A stretch of 64,000 bases of DNA from Patescibacteria group bacterium (GTDB lineage: Bacteria > Patescibacteriota > Minisyncoccia > UBA6257 > JACRHW01), in the NCBI GenBank assembly GCA_028865725.1, contig JAGWJP010000002.1, positions 168,050 to 232,049 of the forward strand, in the 5' to 3' direction. The notes under the pieces are model-generated. The model had not been told where the DNA came from and ran no database searches. It was given only the letters and a program-made list of their open reading frames with translations. Of this stretch, positions 51,349-59,910 are shown piece after piece (the first letter of the stretch is position 1; each line of letters starts with the position of its first letter). Both the position numbers and the translations under genes were made by a program.

Positions 51349-51420
51349 TGACAGGGGCAGAAGGCTGTCCTGATAAGATACGCGAGGGTGCCAGTCGGCA
51401 CGCATGCGCGAAAGTCACAT
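51349..51420 (+). repeat. tRNA-Ile 5' half fragment fused to a GC-rich palindromic element
   Basis: GGGCGACTAGT...GCTGTCCTGATAAGA (acceptor 5' arm and anticodon arm of tRNA-Ile) followed by TACGCGAGGGTGCCAGTCGGCACGCATGCGCG; no 3' half. Confidence 0.45.
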
Positions 51421-51426
51421 AAAAAG

Positions 51427-51499
51427 AGGGCGACTAGTTCAGTGGTAGAACGCTGTCCTGATAAGACAGAGGTCGGAGGTTCGATCCCTCCGTCGCCCA
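51427..51499 (+). tRNA. tRNA-Ile (anticodon GAT)
   Basis: Acceptor GGGCGAC/GTCGCCC; anticodon arm CTGTC-CTGATAA-GACAG; T arm GGAGG-TTCGATC-CCTCC. Confidence 0.85.
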
Positions 51500-51523
51500 C
51501 CGCTTATTCCTGGAATTCAAGGG

Positions 51524-51599
51524 CTCCTGATAAGACACGCGTGGGTGCCAGTCGGCACGCATGCGCGGAGGTTCAATCCCTCCGTCGCCCACCGCTTAT
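51524..51599 (+). repeat. tRNA-Ile anticodon-loop and 3' half fragment carrying the same GC-rich element
   Basis: CTCCTGATAAGAC + ACGCGTGGGTGCCAGTCGGCACGCATGCGCG + GAGGTTCAATCCCTCCGTCGCCCACCGCTTAT (3' T arm and acceptor of tRNA-Ile, 1 mismatch); no 5' half. Confidence 0.45.
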
Positions 51600-51666
51600 C
51601 ATCTTGAAGGATACCTGCACTCACGGTACACTGAAACCACTGTACTTGTTTTTATTGTAGCATCCT

Positions 51667-52770
51667 ATGCCAGAAGAGGAGAAGCAATTGTTTAATGCGC
51701 TTGCCATTGCGACCGACAATGATTATTTTTTAATGCGCGCGCTCCATATGCGTTATGGCACCTATACGCAGGCATATCAATCTCTCATTACAAAAACAAT
51801 CGATCAGACTGATCTTGATGAAAAAACAAATGCCAAACTACACGAGACTGAAAAAGCTCTCCGCACACTTAATCCAGGCAAAGAATATGCGACTCTTATC
51901 AACCATAATATTACATTGCTCTTGCGAGAAGAAAGCGATCTCTACCCCCCACACCTTACCACACTCCCCCAACCTCCTCTTGGACTCTATCTTCAGGGCG
52001 ATATCACAGCATTCACGCGCAATACTGCTACACTCGGAATCGTAGGAACACGCACGCACTCCTCCTACGGCAAAGTGGCATGTGAACGAATCGTTCCGAC
52101 CCTCGCACGCTATCCCATCACCATCATAAGCGGTCTTGCGCTCGGTATCGATACGCTCGCACACGCCCTCACCCTCGCACACGGCGGCACTACCATCGCA
52201 GTCATAGGAAATGGATTCTCCTCATGGTATCCACATCAAAATAAGGAACTTGCGCATACTATTATAAAAAAGGGAGGCGCGGTTATCTCGGAATATCACT
52301 TTGCTACCCCTCCTCACAAATTCAATTTTCCACGAAGAAATAGAATCGTCGCAGGTCTTACTCAAGCAATATTAGTCATCGAAGCTCCTGAAAAAAGCGG
52401 ATCGCTCATTACCGCGCGGTATGCTCTTGAACTCAATAAAGATGTCCTCGCGATCCCAGGCGCAATCAATAGCCGCAATGCACAAGGCACAAATGCGCTT
52501 ATCAAAGACGGGGCGCTTGTCATCACATCACCCGAAGATATTCTCCAGTATTTTAATCTTACCGCCCTGCACGACCTACACGCTTACGAACTCACTCATC
52601 AAGAGGAAGAAATCCTTGCATTGCTTGACAAAAACAATGGAACCATGCAAACTGACTCCTTGTTGGCACAATGTGCACCGGAAGAGGCAGCCCAGACGAC
52701 TGCTCTTCTTACTGAAATGGAACTTAAAGACTATATCGAAATCTGGGGTACCCATATTATTAAAAAATAG
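51667..52770 (+). CDS. dprA: DNA processing protein A (DprA/Smf)
   Basis: GIVGTRTHSSYG...ISGLALGIDTLAHALTLAHGGTTIAVIGNGFSSWYP Rossmann-like DprA core. Confidence 0.85.
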   Translation: MPEEEKQLFNALAIATDNDYFLMRALHMRYGTYTQAYQSLITKTIDQTDLDEKTNAKLHETEKALRTLNPGKEYATLINHNITLLLREESDLYPPHLTTLPQPPLGLYLQGDITAFTRNTATLGIVGTRTHSSYGKVACERIVPTLARYPITIISGLALGIDTLAHALTLAHGGTTIAVIGNGFSSWYPHQNKELAHTIIKKGGAVISEYHFATPPHKFNFPRRNRIVAGLTQAILVIEAPEKSGSLITARYALELNKDVLAIPGAINSRNAQGTNALIKDGALVITSPEDILQYFNLTALHDLHAYELTHQEEEILALLDKNNGTMQTDSLLAQCAPEEAAQTTALLTEMELKDYIEIWGTHIIKK

Positions 52771-52788
52771 AAACCACGTATCGCATCT

Positions 52789-54858
52789 ATGAAATTAGTT
52801 ATTGTAGAGTCTCCTACGAAAGCAAAAACCATTACTGGTTTTTTAGGCAAGGACTACGATATCGAATCGTCTTATGGTCATGTACGCGACCTTCCCAAAA
52901 GCGCGATCGGTATTGATATAGAACATAATTTCGAACCGAAGTATGTCATTCCGAGGAAGGCTGCTCCTCAAGTAAAAAAACTAAGAGCACTCGCAAAAAA
53001 AGCAGATGAAATCATTCTTGCCACTGATGAAGATCGAGAGGGAGAAGCTATTGCGTGGCATCTTTCAAAAGCGCTCGGCCTCGAGGGAGAGAGCCCCAAT
53101 GCATCAAAAAAAGTAGAGCGTATCGTATTTCATGAAATTACCAAAACCGCAATTAACGAGGCGCTGACCCATCCGCGCTCCGTCAATCTTGATGTGGTAA
53201 ACGCACAACAGGCGCGAAGAATCCTTGATCGTTTGGTAGGATACAAACTCTCGCCTTTTTTATGGAAAAAAATAAGCAAGGGGCTCTCCGCAGGACGCGT
53301 ACAGTCTGTCGCATTAAAACTAGTGGTAGACCGCGAAAAAGAAATAGAAGCATTTACGGCTGAAGAATATTGGACAATAAGCGCACTTCTCAAAAAAGGA
53401 TCGGACGAATTTTCAGCGGAACTTTCTAAAAAAGACGGGATGGTACTCGACAAACGAGCGATCCCTACAAAAAAAGAGGCACAAGAAATAGAGAGCGATC
53501 TACAACACGCCTCCTATACCGTCTCGGATGCACTCCATAAAGAGACATTCCGCCAACCCCCTGTCCCGTTTATTACCAGCACACTTCAACAGGAATCTTC
53601 AAAAAAACTACACCTGTCTGCTAAACAAACCATGATGCTTGCCCAGCAACTCTATGAAGGCGTTGACTTGGGCGGCGGACAAGTGGGCCTTATCACGTAC
53701 ATGCGTACCGACTCCACGAACATCGCTGAAGAGGCGCTCCACGCAACGAAACAATTTATTCACACCACGTACGGTGCCGAGTATGCTCTCGAAGCCCCAC
53801 GACGCTTTAAAAGCAAATCAAAACTTGCCCAAGAAGCCCATGAAGCAATCCGGCCTACCGATGTCACACGCACTCCAGAACTTGTAGCAAATTACCTCAC
53901 GCCTCAGCAACGCAAACTCTACCACCTTATCTGGGCACGTTTCGTGGCATCACAAATGCCACGTGCAAAATTTAGCCTCACTTCCATACAAATCACCGCG
54001 CAAAATTCTCATGACTATACGTTCAAAACAAACGGAAGCTCAATGCTCTTCGATGGCTTTTTAAAAGCGTGGCCTATCAAATATGAAGAGCGTCTCCTTC
54101 CCTCTCTTCTCGAACAAGACTCTCTTTCACTTATTAAAATCGATTCTTCACAACACTTCACTGAACCCCCCCCACGCTTTAACGAAGCAAGCCTTATCAA
54201 AATCCTCGAGGAAAATGGTGTAGGGCGCCCCGCAACCTACGCATCTACCCTCTCTGTTCTTGAGGAACGCAACTATGTGGACAAGAACGAAGATAGGCGA
54301 TTCCGTCCTACTGAGATAGGAAGAATGGTAAGTGATCTTTTAAGCGAGCACTTCCCGGAAATTGTAGATATTGGGTTTACTGCAAAAATGGAGGATGACT
54401 TGGATGGTGTTGCAGAAGGCAATACAAAGTGGGTGGAACTTCTCCGAGAATTTTACACGCCGTTTTCTGCTCATTTGGAACAAAAATACACGGAAGTAAA
54501 AAGTCAAAAAGTAGTTGAGGAAACAGACGAGATCTGCGATAAGTGCGGCAAAAAGATGTGGATCCGTCGAAGTCGATTTGGGAGATTTCTTGGTTGCTCT
54601 GGTTTTCCGGAATGTAAAAACACTCGTCCCTTGCCTGCTTCGTTAAGCACGACCGAAGAAAAAGGTGATCTTCCTGAATTGCCCTGTCCCACGTGTCACG
54701 AAGGAAAGATCGTGATGCGAAGAACAAAAAAACGAAGAATCTTCTACGGATGCTCACGCTATCCTGATTGTAATTACGCGACATGGACGAGACCGACTAC
54801 GCCAGCAGAGAATACGCCGGAAACCGTAAAAGAAGAGCAACGCGGAGAAGAGAAATAA
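52789..54858 (+). CDS. topA: DNA topoisomerase I with C-terminal zinc-ribbon repeats
   Basis: N-terminal TOPRIM LVIVESPTKAKTI; catalytic Tyr region; two C4 zinc ribbons (CDKCGKK...C, CPTCHEG...C). Confidence 0.9.
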   Translation: MKLVIVESPTKAKTITGFLGKDYDIESSYGHVRDLPKSAIGIDIEHNFEPKYVIPRKAAPQVKKLRALAKKADEIILATDEDREGEAIAWHLSKALGLEGESPNASKKVERIVFHEITKTAINEALTHPRSVNLDVVNAQQARRILDRLVGYKLSPFLWKKISKGLSAGRVQSVALKLVVDREKEIEAFTAEEYWTISALLKKGSDEFSAELSKKDGMVLDKRAIPTKKEAQEIESDLQHASYTVSDALHKETFRQPPVPFITSTLQQESSKKLHLSAKQTMMLAQQLYEGVDLGGGQVGLITYMRTDSTNIAEEALHATKQFIHTTYGAEYALEAPRRFKSKSKLAQEAHEAIRPTDVTRTPELVANYLTPQQRKLYHLIWARFVASQMPRAKFSLTSIQITAQNSHDYTFKTNGSSMLFDGFLKAWPIKYEERLLPSLLEQDSLSLIKIDSSQHFTEPPPRFNEASLIKILEENGVGRPATYASTLSVLEERNYVDKNEDRRFRPTEIGRMVSDLLSEHFPEIVDIGFTAKMEDDLDGVAEGNTKWVELLREFYTPFSAHLEQKYTEVKSQKVVEETDEICDKCGKKMWIRRSRFGRFLGCSGFPECKNTRPLPASLSTTEEKGDLPELPCPTCHEGKIVMRRTKKRRIFYGCSRYPDCNYATWTRPTTPAENTPETVKEEQRGEEK

Positions 54859-54916
54859 CTTGATGTATTTCTTAATATTTGCTTTCAACAATATTGAAAG
54901 CGAGGATGTGAATACA

Positions 54917-55036
54917 TGAAATACAAATTCATCGGAATTGGTATGATGTGGATTGGCTACGGAATCGCTCTGGTAGGCGTCGTCGGTGCAATGATTGTCG
55001 GGTTTGCCTCCGAAGAAGTAGCAAAAGCTAAGTAAA
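54917..55036 (+). CDS. Small hydrophobic peptide (39 aa), unlisted in the ORF track
   Basis: GAGGAT RBS 8 nt upstream of the ATG; MKYKFIGIGMMWIGYGIALVGVVGAMIVGFASEEVAKAK is a single TM helix; flanked by hairpins. Confidence 0.25.
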
Positions 55037-55040
55037 ATAC

Positions 55041-55075
55041 AAAAAATACCGTCCAAGCTTGGGCGGTTTGTTATT
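55041..55075. terminator. Bidirectional terminator (hairpin with AAGCTT at the centre, flanked by A- and T-runs)
   Basis: CCGTCCAAG/CTTGGGCGG stem with a T-rich tract downstream on both strands. Confidence 0.4.
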
Positions 55076-55388
55076 AATGCGACTGATTAAGAGCGAGATG
55101 AAGCTGGTGTTCTCTACGACACGCGCGCACTGACTCTACCGTGTAATTCATGCGATATTCCGCGTTCATGCGTGCGGCAAAGAGCAATAAATCGTCATCG
55201 CTGGCAAATGCCCAAGTATGACACAAGGTGTTTCTAATCCGCACAAGAAACGGATCCGAATCGTCGATATAACACATGCTCAACGCAGCTCTTTGGAGCA
55301 TAAGGTCAAGAATTTTCTTAAAAAAATCATCTGAGTCGACAGGCTGCATTTCCCCGGTTCCCCCTTGTCTAAATGCTAATAACTTCAT
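55074..55388 (-). CDS. Hypothetical protein (104 aa)
   Basis: ORF only; no motif. Confidence 0.4.
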   Translation of the reverse strand: MKLLAFRQGGTGEMQPVDSDDFFKKILDLMLQRAALSMCYIDDSDPFLVRIRNTLCHTWAFASDDDLLLFAARMNAEYRMNYTVESVRACRREHQLHLALNQSH

Positions 55389-57094
55389 ATCTTAAGAATA
55401 ACCCTATGTCAACATTAATGGAAAAATTAAATACAAGCCCGCTTGTAAAGCACGCCTACGATTTTGCGGAACATGCGCACAAAGGGCAGCTACGCAAAAG
55501 TGGAGATCCCTATTTTACTCATTGCGTCGGCGTCGCGGAATCGGTGTTAAAATGGAACCTCGACGATCAAAGCATCGCCGCAGCGCTTTTGCATGATGTA
55601 GTAGAAGACACATCCTACACACGGGAAGATATCGCCTCTCAATTTGGAAAAGAGGTTGCATTTCTCGTAGAGGGGCTGACAAAACTCGAAGAGGCCGAGT
55701 CGCGAGGATCCCACAGCGAAGCTGAAAGTCTACGAAAAATGCTGCTCGCCATGGTGGAAGATCCGCGTGTAATTATTATTAAACTCGCGGATCGTTATCA
55801 TAATCTCCGCACACTTCAACACCTTTCGCCAGAACGGCAAAAAACATTTGCAAAAGAATCCATCGATATCTTTGCCCCTATTGCCTATCGTCTTGGCATG
55901 AATGAGTTAAAAGGAGAAATTGAGGATATAAGTTTCCCTTATGCATTTCCGGAAGAATACGCATGGGTAATGAACACATTCAAAGGACTGTATGCGGAAC
56001 GCGCCAACTACCTGCGTCGGGTCACTATTCATCTTTCTCAAGAGTTTTCGCGTTATCATATCCCCATCACAGAAATACAGACACGCGCTAAACATCACTA
56101 CAGCCTTTATAAAAAACTCCTCAAGTATAATATGAATCAGGATAAGATTTATGATCTTGTTGCCGTCCGCATCATCGTTCCCTCGGTAGGAGACTGTTAT
56201 GCCGTGCTCGGCATGCTTCACAAGCTTTGGAAACCACTTCCGGGACGTATTAAAGATTACATCGCGATGAAAAAACCGAACGGATACCAAAGTTTGCATA
56301 CCACGGTATTTTGTCTCGATAACCGGATTACCGAATTTCAGATCCGAACCCAAGATATGCACGCTCTCGCAGAAAATGGCGTTGCCGCACACTGGCTTTA
56401 TAAAGAACAAACGCGCGGATCCGATGCGGTGTCTGCCGCAAAAGCGCGGCTAGGTGAAACAGAGCGCCAATGGATAGAACGCCTTCGTAATTGGCAAAAC
56501 GATTTTACATCTTCAGAAGAATTCGTGGATTCTCTGAAACACGATGTTTTATCCGATCAAATTTATGTGTTCACGCCTCAAGGTGATATTGTAGAACTTC
56601 CCGATGGATCGAGCCCGTTGGATTTTGCCTATAAAATACATACGGAGATCGGCAACACGTATGCGGGCGCGAAGGCGGATGGCCACATTGTCTCGCTTAC
56701 CTATCGCCTCCAAAACGGTCAAATTGTTGAAGTAATGACACAAAAAAATAAAAAACCTGCGCGTGATTGGATAAAAACCGCGCATACAAGCCTTGCACGC
56801 AAAAAAATTAAACATGAACTCAATGTTCTTGAACAAAAAACACGTCCCACAACTACACGTCTTGAGTTAAAATTAACGGTAGAAAATAGAGTAGGAATGC
56901 TACGTGATGCGACAGAACTTCTAAGTGCACATCACTGCAATATCGAAAAAGTAACCTCTGGGGCCACACTCGATAAATTTACCACCCTTTCGTTTTTGTG
57001 CACCTTCAAAGAAAAAAGTGTTCCCTCTGCGCTTGTGGTCAAACTAAAAAAGATACGCGGAATCAAGGAAGTGGAATACAAGGTGAAAAACTAG
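55373..57094 (+). CDS. rel: Bifunctional (p)ppGpp synthetase/hydrolase Rel/SpoT (short form: HD, synthetase, TGS, ACT)
   Basis: HD domain HDVVEDT; RelA/SpoT synthetase block (DLVAVRIIV..., YQSLHTTV); TGS and a C-terminal ACT-like region; likely start at 55406. Confidence 0.9.
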   Translation: MLITSYLKNNPMSTLMEKLNTSPLVKHAYDFAEHAHKGQLRKSGDPYFTHCVGVAESVLKWNLDDQSIAAALLHDVVEDTSYTREDIASQFGKEVAFLVEGLTKLEEAESRGSHSEAESLRKMLLAMVEDPRVIIIKLADRYHNLRTLQHLSPERQKTFAKESIDIFAPIAYRLGMNELKGEIEDISFPYAFPEEYAWVMNTFKGLYAERANYLRRVTIHLSQEFSRYHIPITEIQTRAKHHYSLYKKLLKYNMNQDKIYDLVAVRIIVPSVGDCYAVLGMLHKLWKPLPGRIKDYIAMKKPNGYQSLHTTVFCLDNRITEFQIRTQDMHALAENGVAAHWLYKEQTRGSDAVSAAKARLGETERQWIERLRNWQNDFTSSEEFVDSLKHDVLSDQIYVFTPQGDIVELPDGSSPLDFAYKIHTEIGNTYAGAKADGHIVSLTYRLQNGQIVEVMTQKNKKPARDWIKTAHTSLARKKIKHELNVLEQKTRPTTTRLELKLTVENRVGMLRDATELLSAHHCNIEKVTSGATLDKFTTLSFLCTFKEKSVPSALVVKLKKIRGIKEVEYKVKN

Positions 57095-57214
57095 GCTTTA
57101 GCCACCAGGATTTCGAATAGAGAACAAAAGTAATTAGTGTTTAGGGCGGGTACGCTGCAGGAGGTCTTGAGGAGCGTCCTGAGTTTTTTCTATTCTACAC
57201 CTTTTACCATGTAA

Positions 57215-57252
57215 ATTATCCTCTATCTGACGATCGTCAGATAGAGGATAAT
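57215..57252. repeat. 38-bp perfect palindrome
   Basis: ATTATCCTCTATCTGACGA|TCGTCAGATAGAGGATAAT, exact dyad symmetry, between convergent rel and parB. Confidence 0.6.
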
Positions 57253-57318
57253 AACCAACAATTTAAAATAGAAAAAGAAGTCTTCTCTCCTAACCTTAGC
57301 GTCCTAAACCCTAACGCA

Positions 57319-58506
57319 CTAGCTTTGGTGAAACTCGGATTGCAACTCTGATTCAGTAAACTCTGGCTCCCCTTCTTGCGGCATCTCTCCATGGATGGGT
57401 ACACGCACTTCATCTCCCGTCAGAAGCGTCTGCCCCACAAGACGTTCAATAAGCTCCTTTAATTCATCATCGGAGTAAAATGAAATACTAATTTTTCCTT
57501 TATTACCCGTGCGCTCAACTGACACAGGTTTTCCAAACACAGTTTCTAACGAACGCTCAAGTTGGCTCACAGCAGGATCAATGTCTACCACCCGCTGCCG
57601 ATGCGTCAATGAAGAATTTACAATATTTTGTACACGATTCACCATAGCTTCCGTTTCGCGTACAGAAAGGTTTCTTGAAAGAATCTCCGTGAGTACTGCG
57701 CGCTGTTTTTCGGGATTTACGACACGTAGCATAAGCCGTGCATGAGAATCGGTGATTTTGTGTTCTTCCAAGGCTTTTTGTGCTTCGTAGGGAAGCTGCA
57801 AAAGACGAATGGTATTTGATACCGCCTCCCTACTCTTTCCCATACGATGACTAATCTCGCGTTGAGAAAGCCCAAACTCATCGGAGAGACGCGCAAACGC
57901 ACGCGCCATTTCGATAGAGTTTAATTCGGAACGCTGAAGATTTTCAATAATAGCCATTTCAAGTTTTTCCCTGTCCTCTCTGTTTTCTTTAATAATTGCG
58001 GGAATGTGCTCAAGGCCAATCTGTCGCGAAGCAAGAAGGCGGCGCTCGCCTGCAATAAGTTGGTATTCAGCCTCCTCCCCTTCATGTTCGATTTTTGAAA
58101 CGACGATAGGCTGCAAAATCCCATATTCACGAATAGAGGCCGCAAGTTCTTCAAGCGCCACAGGATCAAAATGCTTTCGCGGCTGAAAGGGATTTGATTT
58201 TACTTTTGCGGTTTCTACCCAAAACACAGGTTCCTTGATAGGTTCCTCGTAACGCTGGGGATCGAGCACATAGCTTACTTTATCAAGATGAATTTCAGGA
58301 TCAGCAAAGACGGGCACCGCAGAAACAGGCTCTCCACCCCACGCCTCCTCCGCAAGTGACGGCGGATTCTGAAATTCAGAAAAAGAATACTCTTGAGGAT
58401 TATACACCGCTTCGTGATATTCATACCGCCCTGCAGTAGAATCGGCAGAGGCATCATAATACCCGCTAAACTCATTGTAATTCAATTGTGGATCGTGTGG
58501 CTCCAT
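57319..58506 (-). CDS. parB: ParB/Spo0J-like partition protein with a roughly 115 aa N-terminal extension
   Basis: LQPIVVSKIEHEGEEAEYQLIAGERRLLASRQ (ParB box GERRxRA) and the HTH ELNSIEMARAFARLSDEFGLSQREISHRMG. Confidence 0.85.
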   Translation of the reverse strand: MEPHDPQLNYNEFSGYYDASADSTAGRYEYHEAVYNPQEYSFSEFQNPPSLAEEAWGGEPVSAVPVFADPEIHLDKVSYVLDPQRYEEPIKEPVFWVETAKVKSNPFQPRKHFDPVALEELAASIREYGILQPIVVSKIEHEGEEAEYQLIAGERRLLASRQIGLEHIPAIIKENREDREKLEMAIIENLQRSELNSIEMARAFARLSDEFGLSQREISHRMGKSREAVSNTIRLLQLPYEAQKALEEHKITDSHARLMLRVVNPEKQRAVLTEILSRNLSVRETEAMVNRVQNIVNSSLTHRQRVVDIDPAVSQLERSLETVFGKPVSVERTGNKGKISISFYSDDELKELIERLVGQTLLTGDEVRVPIHGEMPQEGEPEFTESELQSEFHQS

Positions 58507-58520
58507 ACCTCATAATCACA

Positions 58521-59192
58521 TTATTTCTCCTTTCTTTCAATAAGCCCTTGGGCGATAAGTGAAGAAAGCGCCTTCGATAGTATCCCCTCCCGCACAAGAG
58601 TCCATGGCGTGGTCGTTCCATCAAGAATAGTCGAAGGGATTCCTCCAAGCTTTGTTTCGACGCCTACCACCAGATCAGGAGAAGCTGTACCGTATTGAAA
58701 ATAATCCACCACCTCCTCTCCCGTCGTCGCAGTAGGTTGCGAAGCAGGATTTGCGCTCGTTTGGGCAAGAGGGGCGGGGTATGCCGCAAGCAGCGACAAA
58801 AGAAATGGATAGGCAGGAATGCGAAGCGCGAGCGTGCGTGTATCTCCCCGCGCCGCGGTCACACGCGAATCGAGAGGCACTGCATCGCGTAGCAACTGAA
58901 TAACAGTAGTAGCGCCAGGCCACACGCGAGACAGAATATGCCGATCCGACGTACGGAGGAATACAAGATCTTCCGCCCGAGCGAGGCTGCTCACAAAGAT
59001 CGCAGTGGGCTTCTTAGAGTCGCGGATTTTAATAGAAAATAATCGATCAAGCGCCCGTGTTTGTGTCGCATCGGCCACAAGCCCATAGACCGTATCGGTG
59101 GGAAGCGCAATAACGCCCCCACCCCGCAACACCTCAATACATTCATCACGTAATATGCGCTGATGTTCTGGTTTTATTATAACATATTTCAT
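58521..59192 (-). CDS. tsaC: L-threonylcarbamoyladenylate synthase (YrdC/Sua5 domain)
   Basis: GGVIALPTDTVYGLVADA YrdC signature. Confidence 0.8.
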   Translation of the reverse strand: MKYVIIKPEHQRILRDECIEVLRGGGVIALPTDTVYGLVADATQTRALDRLFSIKIRDSKKPTAIFVSSLARAEDLVFLRTSDRHILSRVWPGATTVIQLLRDAVPLDSRVTAARGDTRTLALRIPAYPFLLSLLAAYPAPLAQTSANPASQPTATTGEEVVDYFQYGTASPDLVVGVETKLGGIPSTILDGTTTPWTLVREGILSKALSSLIAQGLIERKEK

Positions 59193-59253
59193 GTAAACGT
59201 GGAATGGCGATACGTTTAAGTTACGTCATATTGTGACGCAAAGGTACTACCCT

Positions 59254-59280
59254 TGTCAAAACACGCTATTCCCATATACA
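59254..59280 (+). promoter_or_regulatory. Candidate promoter for tRNA-Leu(CAA)
   Basis: TTGTCA-N15-TATACA about 25 nt upstream of the tRNA 5' end. Confidence 0.3.
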
Positions 59281-59305
59281 ATAATACATACAATCCACAT
59301 TCTAG

Positions 59306-59392
59306 GCCGAGGTGGCGGAACTGGCAGACGCACAGGACTCAAAATCCTGCGATCGCAAGGTCATGAGGGTTCGATTCCCTCCCTCGGCACCA
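59306..59392 (+). tRNA. tRNA-Leu (anticodon CAA), CCA encoded
   Basis: Acceptor GCCGAGG/CCTCGGC; anticodon arm CAGGA-CTCAAAA-TCCTG; long variable arm; T arm GAGGG-TTCGATT-CCCTC; ends ACCA. Confidence 0.85.
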
Positions 59393-59536
59393 TGAGCGCA
59401 TGCGAATGGGGACGAGGAGCACGCAAATGTCTTGCGTGCGTGAGGAATCGAAAGCCGGACTGAGCGCACATGCGAAGGAGGCGGGGTCGCGAGTCGCCGA
59501 AGGCGAACTTGTGACCGATTCCCTCCCTCGGCACCA
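59393..59536 (+). repeat. GC-rich structured segment ending in a 21-nt duplicate of the tRNA-Leu 3' end
   Basis: CGATTCCCTCCCTCGGCACCA at 59516-59536 repeats the tRNA 3' end exactly. The intervening 120 nt contain GCACGCAA-atgtc-TTGCGTGC and TCGCC-gaag-GCGA hairpins and two GAGCGCA(CA)TGCGAA motifs. Confidence 0.45.
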
Positions 59537-59582
59537 CGTTCGACCTTTTACAAATTATTTTTCACAACGAGGAAGAAGAATA

Positions 59583-59774
59583 ATGACAGAAGAAGCGAAA
59601 TGCGCACAAGCTCTGATGATCATCATTGAAAGGACGATAGACACGTATCAAGGTGAGCACCCTGGTGATGTAAAGGAAGAGATTTTTATCCTTTTCGAGA
59701 ACGCAACACAAGTCCATTACACGAAAACCCATGATAAGCCCCGAGAAGCCATCAATGATATTTCTTCACATTAA
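59583..59774 (+). CDS. Small hypothetical protein (63 aa)
   Basis: GAGGAAG about 10 nt upstream of the ATG; followed by a strong terminator. Confidence 0.35.
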   Translation: MTEEAKCAQALMIIIERTIDTYQGEHPGDVKEEIFILFENATQVHYTKTHDKPREAINDISSH

Positions 59775-59870
59775 AAGAGTTCTCCCTACTCTAAATGGCG
59801 GGGCTTTTGTCTGATAAAGTAAATCCATACGGACCTCCGTCCGCAGATTTTTCTGGGTAATAAACAAAAT

Positions 59871-59910
59871 CCGCTCCGATAGCCATCGGAGCGGTGTTTT
59901 TTTATTTTTG
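59871..59910. terminator. Rho-independent terminator (shared with the convergent amidase gene)
   Basis: CCGCTCCGAT-agcc-ATCGGAGCGG hairpin followed by TTTTTTTATTTTT. Confidence 0.5.

Noticed and set aside
51388-51660. ORF 51388..51660(+)
   Set aside because: It covers tRNA-Ile and its flanking half-tRNA repeats; it is translation of the tRNA and GC-rich repeat sequence.
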